Source of the DNA: Escherichia phage SP22
Strand: one strand, 5' to 3'
Sequence record: LC519489.1
Length of the DNA: 64,000 nucleotides
In this document: one piece after another, positions 50,513 to 60,964 of the stretch
How the letters are laid out: each line of letters begins with the position of its first letter
Position numbering within the stretch: position 1 is the stretch's first letter
The notes under the pieces: model-generated
The model's database searches: none
Seen by the model: the letters and a program-made list of their open reading frames with translations, nothing else
Told to the model about the DNA's origin: nothing
Program-made: the position numbers and the translations under genes

Positions 50513-51367
50513 ATGTTTGAAAAGATTGATAGTGTTTATTACAAAACACTTGATGAAAGGACTGTAACACAGTTTAAAGATAAATTTATCTATACAAGTA
50601 TCTTGAAAGCAATCACTGATGAATTACAAACTCTAGAGGATGTTTGCTGGCAGATGCACACAGAGAGAAATATCAGGACGTCAGTAGGCCAACAGCTTGA
50701 TAACATTGGCTCACTGATTAAAGTTCCTAGACCTTTAGGTGCAGATGATGAAACATATAGGGCTATGCTTTATATTCAAATCTTCCTAAGACGCTCTGAC
50801 ACCACCCCAACATTCTTGCAAAAAGCAATTATGACGCTATACGGTGCAACTTTCTCTCAGATTTTTGAGCATATTACTCCTAAGACTGGTGGTATCGTTA
50901 TCCGTATCAACACTAGAAAAAGCGTTCTAGATGCTGCATATACACTGTCAAAGATTTCTGCAACAACTACTGGCTCCGCTGTTATCTTAAGAGATGTTAC
51001 TTTAAATGGGACTGCTTGGACACCTGTAGAGGTTGCTGATTCATCACTTGCTATTGTTGATGATAAAGAGAACTGGTTTGTAACTGATGCTAACAGAGGT
51101 CTTGTCACAAATAACACTGGTGGCTCTCTGGAGTCCAACTTAGTAGGTAGTCTTGCAGATGCTGGTGTTATTGATGGTTACTTTAGGGTTGACAGAACAG
51201 CAAACTCACAGAGTGATGATTATATGACTGTAGATAGGTCCAATAATAGTGGTTATTTCATCGTTGGTAAAGAAGCTATTGCAGGTGGTGCATATGGAAT
51301 CATGGCTGAGGTTGCACAAATTGTCAAAGGCAGAAAAGATAAATCACAACAAGAAGGAAATTCTTAA
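50513..51367 (+). CDS. putative baseplate/tail-fibre-associated protein
   Basis: position. Confidence 0.3.
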   Translation: MFEKIDSVYYKTLDERTVTQFKDKFIYTSILKAITDELQTLEDVCWQMHTERNIRTSVGQQLDNIGSLIKVPRPLGADDETYRAMLYIQIFLRRSDTTPTFLQKAIMTLYGATFSQIFEHITPKTGGIVIRINTRKSVLDAAYTLSKISATTTGSAVILRDVTLNGTAWTPVEVADSSLAIVDDKENWFVTDANRGLVTNNTGGSLESNLVGSLADAGVIDGYFRVDRTANSQSDDYMTVDRSNNSGYFIVGKEAIAGGAYGIMAEVAQIVKGRKDKSQQEGNS

Positions 51368-51669
51368 TGGCAGTTTTAAATTGGTCTACAAATGAAGTAG
51401 ATACTGATGGTAACCAGTTAAAAGTTTTACCACCACCGGAAGTTCAAGAGACAGGTCTTTTAAAGGGTGAACCTATGGGTAGACAGTGGTTCAACTATAT
51501 TATCAACTACCTGCTTAATAAAGTAAACGGCACTGTTGGTGAAGTTCGCTCATATGCAACTGAGCAACCAGATTTAGTGGCTAATGGATGGAATCTGATT
51601 AAATCTGAGACAGGGACTGCATCAACAAGTACAGGAAACCTTTACACATATGAATATGTAGGAGCTTAA
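51367..51669 (+). CDS. hypothetical tail-module protein
   Basis: ORF track. Confidence 0.3.
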   Translation: MAVLNWSTNEVDTDGNQLKVLPPPEVQETGLLKGEPMGRQWFNYIINYLLNKVNGTVGEVRSYATEQPDLVANGWNLIKSETGTASTSTGNLYTYEYVGA

Positions 51670-51671
51670 TA

Positions 51672-52847
51672 ATGGCAGTAGGTGAAATTCAAATTAGTGC
51701 CTTGCCACAAGCGGCCTTACCAGTTGATTTAAGTGATATCTTCCATCTTAAGCAAGGTGTTGAGGATAAAAGATGTACGCTTGAACAGTTGTTAGCACCT
51801 CACGCATCTTTGAGGAATAATCCTCATGGTGTAACCAAATCGCAAGTGGGTCTTGATAATGTTATTAACTCTCTCCAATTAGTTGCAGCTAATAACTTGT
51901 CAGACATTGTGAATGTTGCTGAGGCAAGAGCAAATCTACAAATTATGTCGTCAGAGGAAGTGAATAACTTAATTCAGCAACATATTGACGACAAAAGTAA
52001 CCCACACAATACAACGAAAGCGCAGGTCGGTTTAAGTAATGTTCAGAACTGGACAACATCTAATCTGTACAATGAAGATGCTGATAAGTACGCTACCGCG
52101 AGAGCAGTGAATAATTTATACAAAGCTATTCAAGCATCATATCCAGTAGGGACTATTCATCTATCTGTTAACTCTGCTAACCCATCAACTTACTTGCTTT
52201 GTGGAGGTACTTGGGAGTTAGTTTCTAAAGGTAGAGCACTAGTTGGTTATGATACAGATTCTAGACCTGTTGGTTCAATGTTTGGTTCTCAGACTGTAGC
52301 ATTAACGAATAATAATTTACCAGCACACACACACTCTATCTATCTAACAGGTGGTGGTCATACACACTCTGCAAGTGTATCTATCTCTAGTTTTGATTAT
52401 GGTTCAAAGAGTACATCAACTTTTGACTACGGTACAAAAACGACTAATAGTACTGGTGCTCATACTCACACGTTTAGTGGTACAACAAGTAATGCTGGTA
52501 ACCACAACCATAGAGTACCTATGAGGGGTAATGATAGGGGCGGTACAAATGCTATTACTGCATCTGCTGATGCTGGTGTTGGTAATGCTATGTATACTGA
52601 TTTAGCTGGTGCTCACACCCATAGCTTCTCAGGCACAACTGCATCATCTGGTGCTCATAGCCATACTGTTGCAATTGGTGCTCACAGCCACACTGTTAAT
52701 ATTGGTTCACACAGTCATACTGGCACTGTTACTGTTTCTAGCTCTGAGCATACACACTCAGGGACATCTGGTTCTGTTGGTGGTGGTCAAGCTTTCAGTG
52801 TTGAGCAACCATCTTTTGTAGTATATGTGTGGCAGAGAACAGCTTAA
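51672..52847 (+). CDS. tail fibre protein with His-x-His repeat tip domain
   Basis: C-terminal repeats GAHTHSFSGTT, GAHSHTV, GSHSHTG; shared C-terminal ending W(Q/V)RTA with the next gene. Confidence 0.5.
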   Translation: MAVGEIQISALPQAALPVDLSDIFHLKQGVEDKRCTLEQLLAPHASLRNNPHGVTKSQVGLDNVINSLQLVAANNLSDIVNVAEARANLQIMSSEEVNNLIQQHIDDKSNPHNTTKAQVGLSNVQNWTTSNLYNEDADKYATARAVNNLYKAIQASYPVGTIHLSVNSANPSTYLLCGGTWELVSKGRALVGYDTDSRPVGSMFGSQTVALTNNNLPAHTHSIYLTGGGHTHSASVSISSFDYGSKSTSTFDYGTKTTNSTGAHTHTFSGTTSNAGNHNHRVPMRGNDRGGTNAITASADAGVGNAMYTDLAGAHTHSFSGTTASSGAHSHTVAIGAHSHTVNIGSHSHTGTVTVSSSEHTHSGTSGSVGGGQAFSVEQPSFVVYVWQRTA

Positions 52848-52866
52848 TTTCTTTACAGGGGTTTTG

Positions 52867-52886
52867 TAGCCCCTTTTAAGAGGAAA
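52867..52886 (+). terminator. rho-independent terminator
   Basis: ggggttttgtagcccc + tttt. Confidence 0.6.
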
Positions 52887-52893
52887 ATTTATA

Positions 52894-55263
52894 ATGGCAG
52901 ATTACAAATTGAGTCAATTAAACTCAATCGACACAATTCGTTCAGAAGACCTATTGCACATCAGAGTTAAGAAAAGACCTGAAATGTTGGGTGACGAAGA
53001 CCGTAGAATGACCTATCAAGACTTCTTAGCTTCCTTCAAACTAGAAAGGTTTGTTCAGATTGCTGGGAGTACTATGACGGGAGACTTAGGTATTGTCAAG
53101 TTACTTTACGGTGGTAAGGCAGTATTTGACCCAACAGGCTCTTCTGAGATTACTATTGGGGATATTTTAAAGACTTTTAAAATTAACTCAAATGGGCTTA
53201 AACTCACTATTGCAGATGCCACAAGGTCGGCAACTGTTTATCATACTTTGAATAAACCAAGCCCTAATGAACTTGGTATGAGAACTAATGAAGAGAATGA
53301 TGCAAGATATGCAAGGCTTGCTGTTACAAACACATTCTCTGGAACTCAGAACATTCAAGGTGATGCTAACTTACTTCGTCTTAGAAACCAGAATGCAAAT
53401 AATGCGCAATATATTGAGGGTGTGAACTTAGATGGTTCAGCTAGATGGTGGGTTGGTATTGGTAGTAATGGCTCTGATGAAGTAAAACTGTACAATAACA
53501 AATACAACTCAGCTTTGACTATTGCAAGCAATATCTCTGTTAATAAGTCTTTAGCAATCACTGGTCAAGTTCAACCTTCAGACTTCTCTAACTTAGATGC
53601 TAGATACTTCACTCAGACAGTTGCTAATCAGAGATTTGCACAGTTAGCTGGTAATAACACTTTTACAGGTGCTAACACATTTAGGACTATGAGTGTTATT
53701 TCAAATGCTGCTGCTATCACACTGCAATGTGCATCAGCAAACGAATCCCTGTATCTACTTGCAAAAGATTATGAAGGTGGAAACTTATGGTATCTTGGTA
53801 AAGGTAGTTCAGGTGCTGGTGTAACTATCTACAACTATACCACTAACACCTCTTTGGTCTTAGATGCTGCTGGGGTATCAGCAAATAAAAATGTCAGAAT
53901 CACTGGTCAAGTTCAACCTTCAGATTGGGCTAACATTGACTCTAGATATATTCCGGCAGCAACATTAAGCACGATTGCAAGAACTAATGCACAAAATACT
54001 TTTAATGGTGTACAGAAAGTTGTTACGGATGATGAAGCCCTAATTGTGAAAAACTCTACTCAGAACAGACCATTGTATATCCGTGGTGTGGACACTGCTA
54101 ATGTTTCAAGATGGTGGGTAGGTGTTGGTGGGGCAGATACTAATGACGTGACACTAAATAACAGTTTTTCTGGAACTCAGTTAGTTTTAGGTAACTCATC
54201 TGCAAGTATCAACAAAACACTAACTCTAACTGGACAGATTCAACCTTCAGATTTCTCTAACTTAGATGCTAGATACTACGTTAAATCTGCAACAGATGCA
54301 AAGTACTTATGGTCATCAGCCAGAGCTTTGGTGGAGGAGTCTGATGGTGGTGTGGCTTGGAACCAACCTTCAGGAATTTATGCAGAGACTATCAATGGTG
54401 GTGGTTCAAGCCGTTTAGTCTTACACCTATTCGCTAATATGTTAGCATCAACACCAACTGCACAATTAAGATTTGATTACAGGAATAGTGGTTTATGGTA
54501 TAGAACAGCCAGAGATAGGTATGGTTTTGAGGCTGAATGGTCTAAGGTTTACACTGAAGCTCAGAAACCAACACCTTCAGAAATTGGTGCATACACTAAA
54601 GCAGAGACTGACCAGAAGATTGCAGAGGCGATTAGTGACTCTACAGACCTGAATAAAATCTATCCAGTAGGTATTGTAACGTGGTTTAACAGTAATGTTA
54701 ACCCTAATACAGCACTTCCTGGATTAACTTGGACGTACCTGAACAATGGTGTTGGTAGAACTATTAGAATTGCAGCAGCAAATGGTTCAGATGTTGCTAC
54801 AACTGGTGGTTCAGACTCTGTAACGTTGTCTGTCGGTAACTTACCTTCACATACACATAGCTTCTCTGCTACCACTTCATCATTTGATTATGGTACTAAG
54901 ACAACAAATACGACTGGCAACCATGCTCATGATAGAGGTAACATGGAAATCTCTGGTGTGTTTGGTTGGTTCAGAAGTGACAATGGTGCATTTTACACTG
55001 CGAGTGGTGCGTTTGTGATGGGTAGTAGTCAGGCTTCACATGGCTTCACAGGCTCTAACTTCACTTACGGTGCTCCTGTTGATTTCCACGCGTCAAGAAC
55101 TTGGACAGGTGTAACTAATACAACCGGTAACCACGCTCACAGCGTCGGTATTGGTGCTCACAACCACACAGTTAGCGGTAACACTGGTGGTACAGGTTCT
55201 GGTTCAGCATTTAGTGTTACTAACCAGTTCTACAAGTTAATGGCTTGGGTGAGAACTGCTTAA
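52894..55263 (+). CDS. long tail fibre protein with three internal repeats and HxH-repeat C-terminal tip
   Basis: internal repeats containing ITGQVQPSDFSNLDARY (x3); C-terminal GNHAHSVGIGAHNHTVSGNT and ...MAWVRTA. Confidence 0.55.
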   Translation: MADYKLSQLNSIDTIRSEDLLHIRVKKRPEMLGDEDRRMTYQDFLASFKLERFVQIAGSTMTGDLGIVKLLYGGKAVFDPTGSSEITIGDILKTFKINSNGLKLTIADATRSATVYHTLNKPSPNELGMRTNEENDARYARLAVTNTFSGTQNIQGDANLLRLRNQNANNAQYIEGVNLDGSARWWVGIGSNGSDEVKLYNNKYNSALTIASNISVNKSLAITGQVQPSDFSNLDARYFTQTVANQRFAQLAGNNTFTGANTFRTMSVISNAAAITLQCASANESLYLLAKDYEGGNLWYLGKGSSGAGVTIYNYTTNTSLVLDAAGVSANKNVRITGQVQPSDWANIDSRYIPAATLSTIARTNAQNTFNGVQKVVTDDEALIVKNSTQNRPLYIRGVDTANVSRWWVGVGGADTNDVTLNNSFSGTQLVLGNSSASINKTLTLTGQIQPSDFSNLDARYYVKSATDAKYLWSSARALVEESDGGVAWNQPSGIYAETINGGGSSRLVLHLFANMLASTPTAQLRFDYRNSGLWYRTARDRYGFEAEWSKVYTEAQKPTPSEIGAYTKAETDQKIAEAISDSTDLNKIYPVGIVTWFNSNVNPNTALPGLTWTYLNNGVGRTIRIAAANGSDVATTGGSDSVTLSVGNLPSHTHSFSATTSSFDYGTKTTNTTGNHAHDRGNMEISGVFGWFRSDNGAFYTASGAFVMGSSQASHGFTGSNFTYGAPVDFHASRTWTGVTNTTGNHAHSVGIGAHNHTVSGNTGGTGSGSAFSVTNQFYKLMAWVRTA

Positions 55264-55342
55264 TCACTTGTTGACTGATTGTTAAGATGGTGTTAATATT
55301 CTTTATAGGTATTCTCACCATCTTGGCTGATGAGGTGATTAA

Positions 55343-55540
55343 ATGCCTACAATCCTAGCAATTCTTCTAAAAAATCTAGGTAGCTTCTTCTGGAAACTCG
55401 TTTTATCCCTTCTAAGTGAATACATGATTGAGAAAGTGTTCTTCAGACTTGCAAGATATCTTGCGAGTAAAACAGATACACCTATTGATGATGAGTTCGT
55501 AGATAACTTAGAAAAAGCTTTTAAGGGGGAGAATAAATGA
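55343..55540 (+). CDS. small membrane-associated protein
   Basis: hydrophobic N-terminus; ORF track. Confidence 0.3.
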   Translation: MPTILAILLKNLGSFFWKLVLSLLSEYMIEKVFFRLARYLASKTDTPIDDEFVDNLEKAFKGENK

Positions 55541-55908
55541 AGTGGCTAGAGGAAGCTTTTAAAAATAATATTGGTGCAATTGTAGTTGGTATTTTTAGTG
55601 TTATTGGGATGTATACCACCATGCAAGTTTCGGATGGTAAGCAAGAAGTGTCTGTCACAACAAAGTTACAACAGCTAGATAATTATTCCAAAAGTAACTA
55701 TTCAGCTATTCGTGATTTACAGTCTGACATGAGACTGATTCAGCTAGGGATGGAGAACCAGAAAGTTCAGTTAGAGAATGTTAAGGGTGAGAATGCAAAA
55801 CTTACCAAAACTCTTGATAAATTCTCTGACAGTGTGAACAATCTGGCTCAATCAGTATCAGCCTTGCAAGCTATTACTGAAAAGAACACAAAGAATACTG
55901 AAAAATAA
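55537..55908 (+). CDS. membrane-anchored coiled-coil protein (N-terminal TM helix)
   Basis: IGAIVVGIFSVIGMY hydrophobic segment then heptad-like Q/L/N-rich sequence. Confidence 0.35.
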   Translation: MKWLEEAFKNNIGAIVVGIFSVIGMYTTMQVSDGKQEVSVTTKLQQLDNYSKSNYSAIRDLQSDMRLIQLGMENQKVQLENVKGENAKLTKTLDKFSDSVNNLAQSVSALQAITEKNTKNTEK

Positions 55909-55916
55909 AATTTTAA

Positions 55917-55944
55917 GGCTCCCGTAAAAAGGAGCCTTTTTTGT
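55917..55944. terminator. bidirectional terminator between convergent structural and replication blocks
   Basis: aggctcc-cgtaaaaa-ggagcct hairpin flanked by A-run and T-run. Confidence 0.65.
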
Positions 55945-55945
55945 T

Positions 55946-56845
55946 TTATTTACCTACTGATAAAGGTGCTTCAATTTTTCCTGCATGTTGGTAATTATTA
56001 ATACCACCGATAAAATCACTTGCAGTGAGATGTTTTAAGTCACTTAAAGTGTTAAGTGGGATACCAATCTCAAAAGTTGGTGCATGGAACTCTTCATTGT
56101 TCATCAGTTCATAAACCTGTTTCATATGGTTCTGATAAATCTGAGTATCTCCAAAGACTCCTATCAAGTACCGTGGAGTGTATCCAGTCATCTTACAAAG
56201 AACTTCCAGAATAAAGCCGTAAGATGCAATGTTAAATGGAAGTCCTAAAAAGGTGTCTACAGAACGCTGATACCATTGCAAATCTACTTCACCTTCATTA
56301 GTAATGTAAATCTGAAACAGAACATGACAAGGTGCTAAAGCCATTGAGTTTGCTGCGATATCTGCTGCATTCCAAGCATTAACAAGCATGTATCTGTCTG
56401 TGATATCACCCTTCATCTTCGTTACTAAGGTCTCTAGCTGGTCTACAACACAACCGTTATGACCTTCAAAGTTTCTCCACTGAACTCCATAGATTCTCCC
56501 ACCTGCATCCTCTAACCAATCTTGTTCAGAAGAATAATTAGAGCTTAACCAACGTTTAAAATCATCTGACCAGATAGTCCAGCGTTCTCCGTCATTTTCA
56601 TCCCAAGTACGGTAACGAAGTTCACCCAGCTTATTCTCACCATTCAGGAACCATAAAGCCTCCCCAATAACTTGCCGTGTAAACACCTGTTTAGATGTTA
56701 AGAGCGGGAAACCAGTCCTCATATCAAAACGAAACTGAGGTGGAGCAAAAGCAGAGATAACATCTCCAGTTCGTGTAGTACGCAGTTCACCAACGGATAA
56801 AACATGGTTCAGGATATTTTTGTAACTTGTATCTGCTTGTGACAT
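55946..56845 (-). CDS. thyA: thymidylate synthase
   Basis: active-site region MALAPCHVLFQIY and other ThyA-conserved blocks; 299 aa; apparently uninterrupted. Confidence 0.85.
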   Translation of the reverse strand: MSQADTSYKNILNHVLSVGELRTTRTGDVISAFAPPQFRFDMRTGFPLLTSKQVFTRQVIGEALWFLNGENKLGELRYRTWDENDGERWTIWSDDFKRWLSSNYSSEQDWLEDAGGRIYGVQWRNFEGHNGCVVDQLETLVTKMKGDITDRYMLVNAWNAADIAANSMALAPCHVLFQIYITNEGEVDLQWYQRSVDTFLGLPFNIASYGFILEVLCKMTGYTPRYLIGVFGDTQIYQNHMKQVYELMNNEEFHAPTFEIGIPLNTLSDLKHLTASDFIGGINNYQHAGKIEAPLSVGK

Positions 56846-56846
56846 A

Positions 56847-57392
56847 TCAAAAGTGTCCTTTTACTTGTGGAACATAAATTTCAAAAGTTGCTTTACCATC
56901 CTCTGATGGTTTTGACTGTACCTTTGTAAACACACGGTTATCATACAGCTTCTCAAAGAAGTTTTCAAAAGGTAAATGCACAGTGGCCTCTTCAGTAACT
57001 TTATGGAAAACAGTATGGAACACCACACTAGCATACGGTAAAGCATTGACAAGGATATCTGCACCACCAATTACAAAGACATCTTCATCAATAGAGCTAT
57101 CAAGATACTTCAAAAATGCTCCAAATGACTCTTTACTGGCTTTAGCATACATTACATCATCTTTGCCAAAGTCTATGCCTAAGTATGGTACAGAATTTGT
57201 TAAGATGAGGTTTGCACGTTCTGGTAAAGGTTTACTACCCAGAGTCTTAAAAGTCTCATTACCCATGACTACTAAGTTATTTTTAGTGAGTCTCTTAAAC
57301 TCTTGCATGTCCTGTTTATGTCGAGGCCACGGCATACCAGTCGGTGTACCAAATTCACCGTTTTCACCACTTGCAAATATTAGCTTAATCAT
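56847..57392 (-). CDS. folA: dihydrofolate reductase
   Basis: N-terminal MIKLIFASGENGEFG...MPWP and VVMGNETFKTLG motifs typical of DHFR; adjacent to thyA. Confidence 0.8.
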   Translation of the reverse strand: MIKLIFASGENGEFGTPTGMPWPRHKQDMQEFKRLTKNNLVVMGNETFKTLGSKPLPERANLILTNSVPYLGIDFGKDDVMYAKASKESFGAFLKYLDSSIDEDVFVIGGADILVNALPYASVVFHTVFHKVTEEATVHLPFENFFEKLYDNRVFTKVQSKPSEDGKATFEIYVPQVKGHF

Positions 57393-57649
57393 TTTGTAAA
57401 CCCTTTCTTAATGAACCAGTTAATAACATTCTTCACAGCTTTATTGCTGTGGTAGATTAAGTGTGGTGTAGGTTGGTATGAACCATAGGCCCAGAATGAT
57501 AGATGCTCACCACAACCAACACATGTAGTACTTTCTTCAGCTATATGGCCATTAACAATCACATGAACTTCACCTTGTAAGTCTGTACACCCACAATGTG
57601 GACATCGGATAGGTGTTCCGTCAGGCTCATAGCAGTGTTCAATTTTCAT
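57389..57649 (-). CDS. small zinc-ribbon protein
   Basis: CPHCGC...CVGCGEH motif. Confidence 0.4.
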   Translation of the reverse strand: MKIEHCYEPDGTPIRCPHCGCTDLQGEVHVIVNGHIAEESTTCVGCGEHLSFWAYGSYQPTPHLIYHSNKAVKNVINWFIKKGFTK

Positions 57650-58165
57650 TTATTTAACCTCAAAAACTGGTTCAAGAACCAATATAAAGTCTACACAGTC
57701 ATCTTCTTCATCCAGAATACCATCAAAGTTCTTAGGAACGAAGTCGAAGAGGCTCATCACAAAACAGTCAGAAGTAACCTTTATAGTTCCCCCCATGTTC
57801 TCTACAGTTAACACTGTACGACTTTCTTTTACCTCCCTCAGAAGATTACCCACAAAGTCATCTAAGAAGTACTTCATCAATGACTTGAAACCTTTAGGGT
57901 AATCTGTACCAGAGTATGTTTCAATCTGAGGCACAAGCTTAACATTTATACTAGTCTTTGTTAAGAATGCACTAGAGAACATACTATCAGGTAGCTTACA
58001 AACAGTCTTTCCAGTACCTTCATGTTCAATCTCAACAAAACCAGCTTCATCGCCACATGTAACTATTTTAAAAGATGCTTCATTCTCATACTGTGAAGCC
58101 ATAAACTTTTTAAGCATCTCTTTAAGGAAGTCTGCATGAGCATCTTGTAAGAAGATATCAATCAT
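57650..58165 (-). CDS. hypothetical protein
   Basis: ORF track. Confidence 0.45.
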   Translation of the reverse strand: MIDIFLQDAHADFLKEMLKKFMASQYENEASFKIVTCGDEAGFVEIEHEGTGKTVCKLPDSMFSSAFLTKTSINVKLVPQIETYSGTDYPKGFKSLMKYFLDDFVGNLLREVKESRTVLTVENMGGTIKVTSDCFVMSLFDFVPKNFDGILDEEDDCVDFILVLEPVFEVK

Positions 58166-58178
58166 AGTTAATCACCTA

Positions 58179-58538
58179 TTATGGGAACAAGCACTTAATG
58201 TCGTCGTTTTTGAAAACAAAACTCGTGTAGTTGTGACCATCAACATCCAACCAAACAGCCTGAACATCTACACCGTCAAGATTATGGTAAAGCTCTTTGA
58301 TGAAGTGGTCTTTTACAATCTGACTACTAGTGGTTTCCAGCTTAATGTTCGAGATTGCTGAACCTACAGCCATGTAGCCCATGACACGTTTCTTCTCAGT
58401 GTGCTTAATCTTACCATCTTTGTAAGCCATAATGAGATTGGAAAGAATTTTTACACCGTAGTACTTTTCAAGGTGAGTAGGTGCACCATAAAAGCCTAAT
58501 GCGAAGTTTTCAGAGTGGATAATGTTTTCACGTTTCAT
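58179..58538 (-). CDS. hypothetical protein
   Basis: ORF track. Confidence 0.45.
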   Translation of the reverse strand: MKRENIIHSENFALGFYGAPTHLEKYYGVKILSNLIMAYKDGKIKHTEKKRVMGYMAVGSAISNIKLETTSSQIVKDHFIKELYHNLDGVDVQAVWLDVDGHNYTSFVFKNDDIKCLFP

Positions 58539-58539
58539 A

Positions 58540-58869
58540 TTAATCTGCCAACCTTAAATTGAAATTAACACCAAATTTTTCACACACTTCCAACATATAC
58601 TCAAGAGAGACATTCCCAGTGAGGTGGATTATGTTGGATACACGAGCTTGAGAGATACCACAAATTTTAGCGACTTGTTCTTGAGAAAGACCTCTGGATT
58701 TAATCTCTCTCTTAAAACGATGTGCAACGAAGTCTCTCATTTCGTCTACATCCATTGGACAAATATAACTCTCCATTTCAGCCTCTCTATCAGCCTCCCA
58801 ATCATCTTGTGGAGCATAAGGGTCAAAAACCTCATTCATCTTTCTTCTTCCGTTTACGTGAAGTATCAA
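58540..58869 (-). CDS. helix-turn-helix DNA-binding protein (putative transcriptional regulator)
   Basis: LSQEQVAKICGISQARVSNI resembles an XRE-type HTH. Confidence 0.5.
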   Translation of the reverse strand: MILHVNGRRKMNEVFDPYAPQDDWEADREAEMESYICPMDVDEMRDFVAHRFKREIKSRGLSQEQVAKICGISQARVSNIIHLTGNVSLEYMLEVCEKFGVNFNLRLAD

Positions 58870-59044
58870 TTAATGAGTCTATGTTTGTAGCTCTGACCTT
58901 TTCACGTTCATCATTAAGATAATCATCAAGAGCCTTTTCAATCTGTGAATCATCTTGACAGATGACTGTAAAGACTGTAAAGCCGTCTGTATCGTCAATT
59001 ATCTTACCATAACCGCTTCTGGGATGTAACTTTTTAAGAGCCAT
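58832..59044 (-). CDS. hypothetical small protein with basic C-terminus
   Basis: ORF track. Confidence 0.35.
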   Translation of the reverse strand: MALKKLHPRSGYGKIIDDTDGFTVFTVICQDDSQIEKALDDYLNDEREKVRATNIDSLIDTSRKRKKKDE

Positions 59045-59045
59045 A

Positions 59046-59429
59046 TCAAATACCTGTGCAGCTTCTGTTTTCTAAGAAATACTCAACACCATACATAGCT
59101 TTTTGCATCAAATCTTCTTTAAACTGGATACGGTGGTTGAGCATCGCCTGTACATCAATATCATCATGGTGCTTCTCTTTAATATTTGCAGATTGCAGGA
59201 AATACTCTGCAAGAACGCGATATTGATAGTCAGTCACCTTATCAGTCATCTCTGTCAAAGACTCTTCAGAAATTGGTTTTAGTAGCTCACCATTAGCTAG
59301 AGCAACACCTTTTACAATCTGACAAGTATCCTCTGGGACACCTGATAAGTTCACATTTGGCAGTTCTGTTGCATTGACTGGTAAATTCATTGCCATAATC
59401 ATTGCAGCAGCTAATAAAATCTTTTTCAT
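59046..59429 (-). CDS. secreted/periplasmic protein
   Basis: signal peptide MKKILLAAAMIMAMNLPVNA. Confidence 0.45.
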   Translation of the reverse strand: MKKILLAAAMIMAMNLPVNATELPNVNLSGVPEDTCQIVKGVALANGELLKPISEESLTEMTDKVTDYQYRVLAEYFLQSANIKEKHHDDIDVQAMLNHRIQFKEDLMQKAMYGVEYFLENRSCTGI

Positions 59430-59710
59430 AATGACCTCAAAGTTATATTAAATTTTGTATTACGTTGAGTATAAAAATAAGCTATAACACCTGACTTGTC
59501 AACAGATTTTATAGCTTATTTGGCAGATTTTTTATAAGGCTACTGCCATCCTTCCATACCAGACTACACCATGCAAGACCAGACTTCACATCACCTTACC
59601 GTGCAATACATTACTTAAAAACCCTCTTAGAAGACTCTTAAGTGATGCTGGTGAGTACCTGTTGGTTTATGCTGCTCAGTATACTCACCAAATTTTCTAT
59701 GTCAACAACT

Positions 59711-59857
59711 TTATATAAAAGCCCTGATAACTATATGTGTTACAAAACAGAAGATTGTGAACAAGACACCCATTGCAAAGGATGTGTTCAAAAGTTTACT
59801 TGTTATGTAAGATAACACAAAGACAACTAATGCAAACAGAATGATTGTGCTTAACAT
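59711..59857 (-). CDS. candidate 48-aa double-TM hydrophobic peptide, below the ORF-track cutoff
   Basis: manual translation MLSTIILFALVVFVLSYITSKLLNTSFAMGVLFTIFCFVTHIVIRAFI; ATG 4 nt downstream of the ligase stop. Confidence 0.25.
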   Translation of the reverse strand: MLSTIILFALVVFVLSYITSKLLNTSFAMGVLFTIFCFVTHIVIRAFI

Positions 59858-59860
59858 AGT

Positions 59861-60964
59861 TTACTCATAATCCCTAATAACTAGCCCAACAGGGAACTGT
59901 AAAGACCCTTTACGAGTCATCTTCTGGAACTGAACCGTTAAAGGTTTCCCGATAAACTCATCAGGATGCTCAGCAAGGTACTGTTTCTTCTCATGAGTAG
60001 TCTTCCATGAGACATCTACAAAGACGTTAGGAAGAGTCTCTACAACGAACTTGCCATGACCACGTTTATCGGTCTTTACACCAGTCACTTTAAACTCTTC
60101 AGTGTGCATCTTCTTGTGCTTAATCAAGAAGTATGAACGGTGACCACACTCGTAGAAGGAGTCTTCAGAGATTGAACGGTACATTGCACCTTCAAACTTA
60201 GCTTCAACCCACTTATCATGAGCTTCATCAAACTCTTCCCAAGAATTTACACGACGAGACTTAACAGGAACAACTTTACAGCCATCCCTGAAGTCATTCA
60301 ATGGTGAAGTCTCAATGATATCTCTACGCTCAGGCCACGTCTTAGTACTGTCACAGATATCATACCAGTAAAACTTGAGTAGGTGTCTGTCAGGATTGTC
60401 TTCATTTTTAATCATGGAGACGATATCTTCTAAGTCCCACCCATGAGCATAAATCTCTCCATCAAATTCATCAACATCTTTGTGGAGCCTTAACATTACC
60501 ATAATGTCAGGTATTAGTTCAGTAGGGATTTTGTAAACAGTATTCTCACGAGAATATGCTGTAAATACACTGCCAATACTCAAGTGCCTTGAAATCCTAC
60601 AACGGACACCATCAAGTTTCGGTTGAGCATCAGCAGGGAACTTCAGATACTTTGCATGGCTAACCTTTGCAGCATCATGAGCAAGCTGTACACCTACCTT
60701 CTCGGTATTCTGTGCAGACTCTTTTGTGTAAGCATAACCTTTGCGGTCAACCTGCTTTTTATACTTTGCAGCAACTTCAAAGAGAGCTTGCTGTTCAGCG
60801 TTACGCTCATTCTTTTTACCGATGTTTTTAGGTTCTGCTGTATACTCTTCAAACATCATCTTGCCATTTTCTTTACCATACGTGGTAACAACTTTGTCAC
60901 CTACAGCAACACATGACCAGACGTTGAAGGAGCCATCTTTATTTTGTTTGTACAGAATTGTCAT
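59861..60964 (-). CDS. ATP-dependent DNA ligase
   Basis: adenylation motif I KLDG (AQPKLDGVRCR) and downstream FDGE/WYD-type motifs; start set at ATG with SD agagg (track ORF begins 12 codons upstream). Confidence 0.7.
   Translation of the reverse strand: MTILYKQNKDGSFNVWSCVAVGDKVVTTYGKENGKMMFEEYTAEPKNIGKKNERNAEQQALFEVAAKYKKQVDRKGYAYTKESAQNTEKVGVQLAHDAAKVSHAKYLKFPADAQPKLDGVRCRISRHLSIGSVFTAYSRENTVYKIPTELIPDIMVMLRLHKDVDEFDGEIYAHGWDLEDIVSMIKNEDNPDRHLLKFYWYDICDSTKTWPERRDIIETSPLNDFRDGCKVVPVKSRRVNSWEEFDEAHDKWVEAKFEGAMYRSISEDSFYECGHRSYFLIKHKKMHTEEFKVTGVKTDKRGHGKFVVETLPNVFVDVSWKTTHEKKQYLAEHPDEFIGKPLTVQFQKMTRKGSLQFPVGLVIRDYE

Noticed and set aside
52609-52821. 70-aa alternative-frame ORF inside the tail-fibre gene
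   Set aside because: Leu/His-rich out-of-frame reading of the HxH repeat region.
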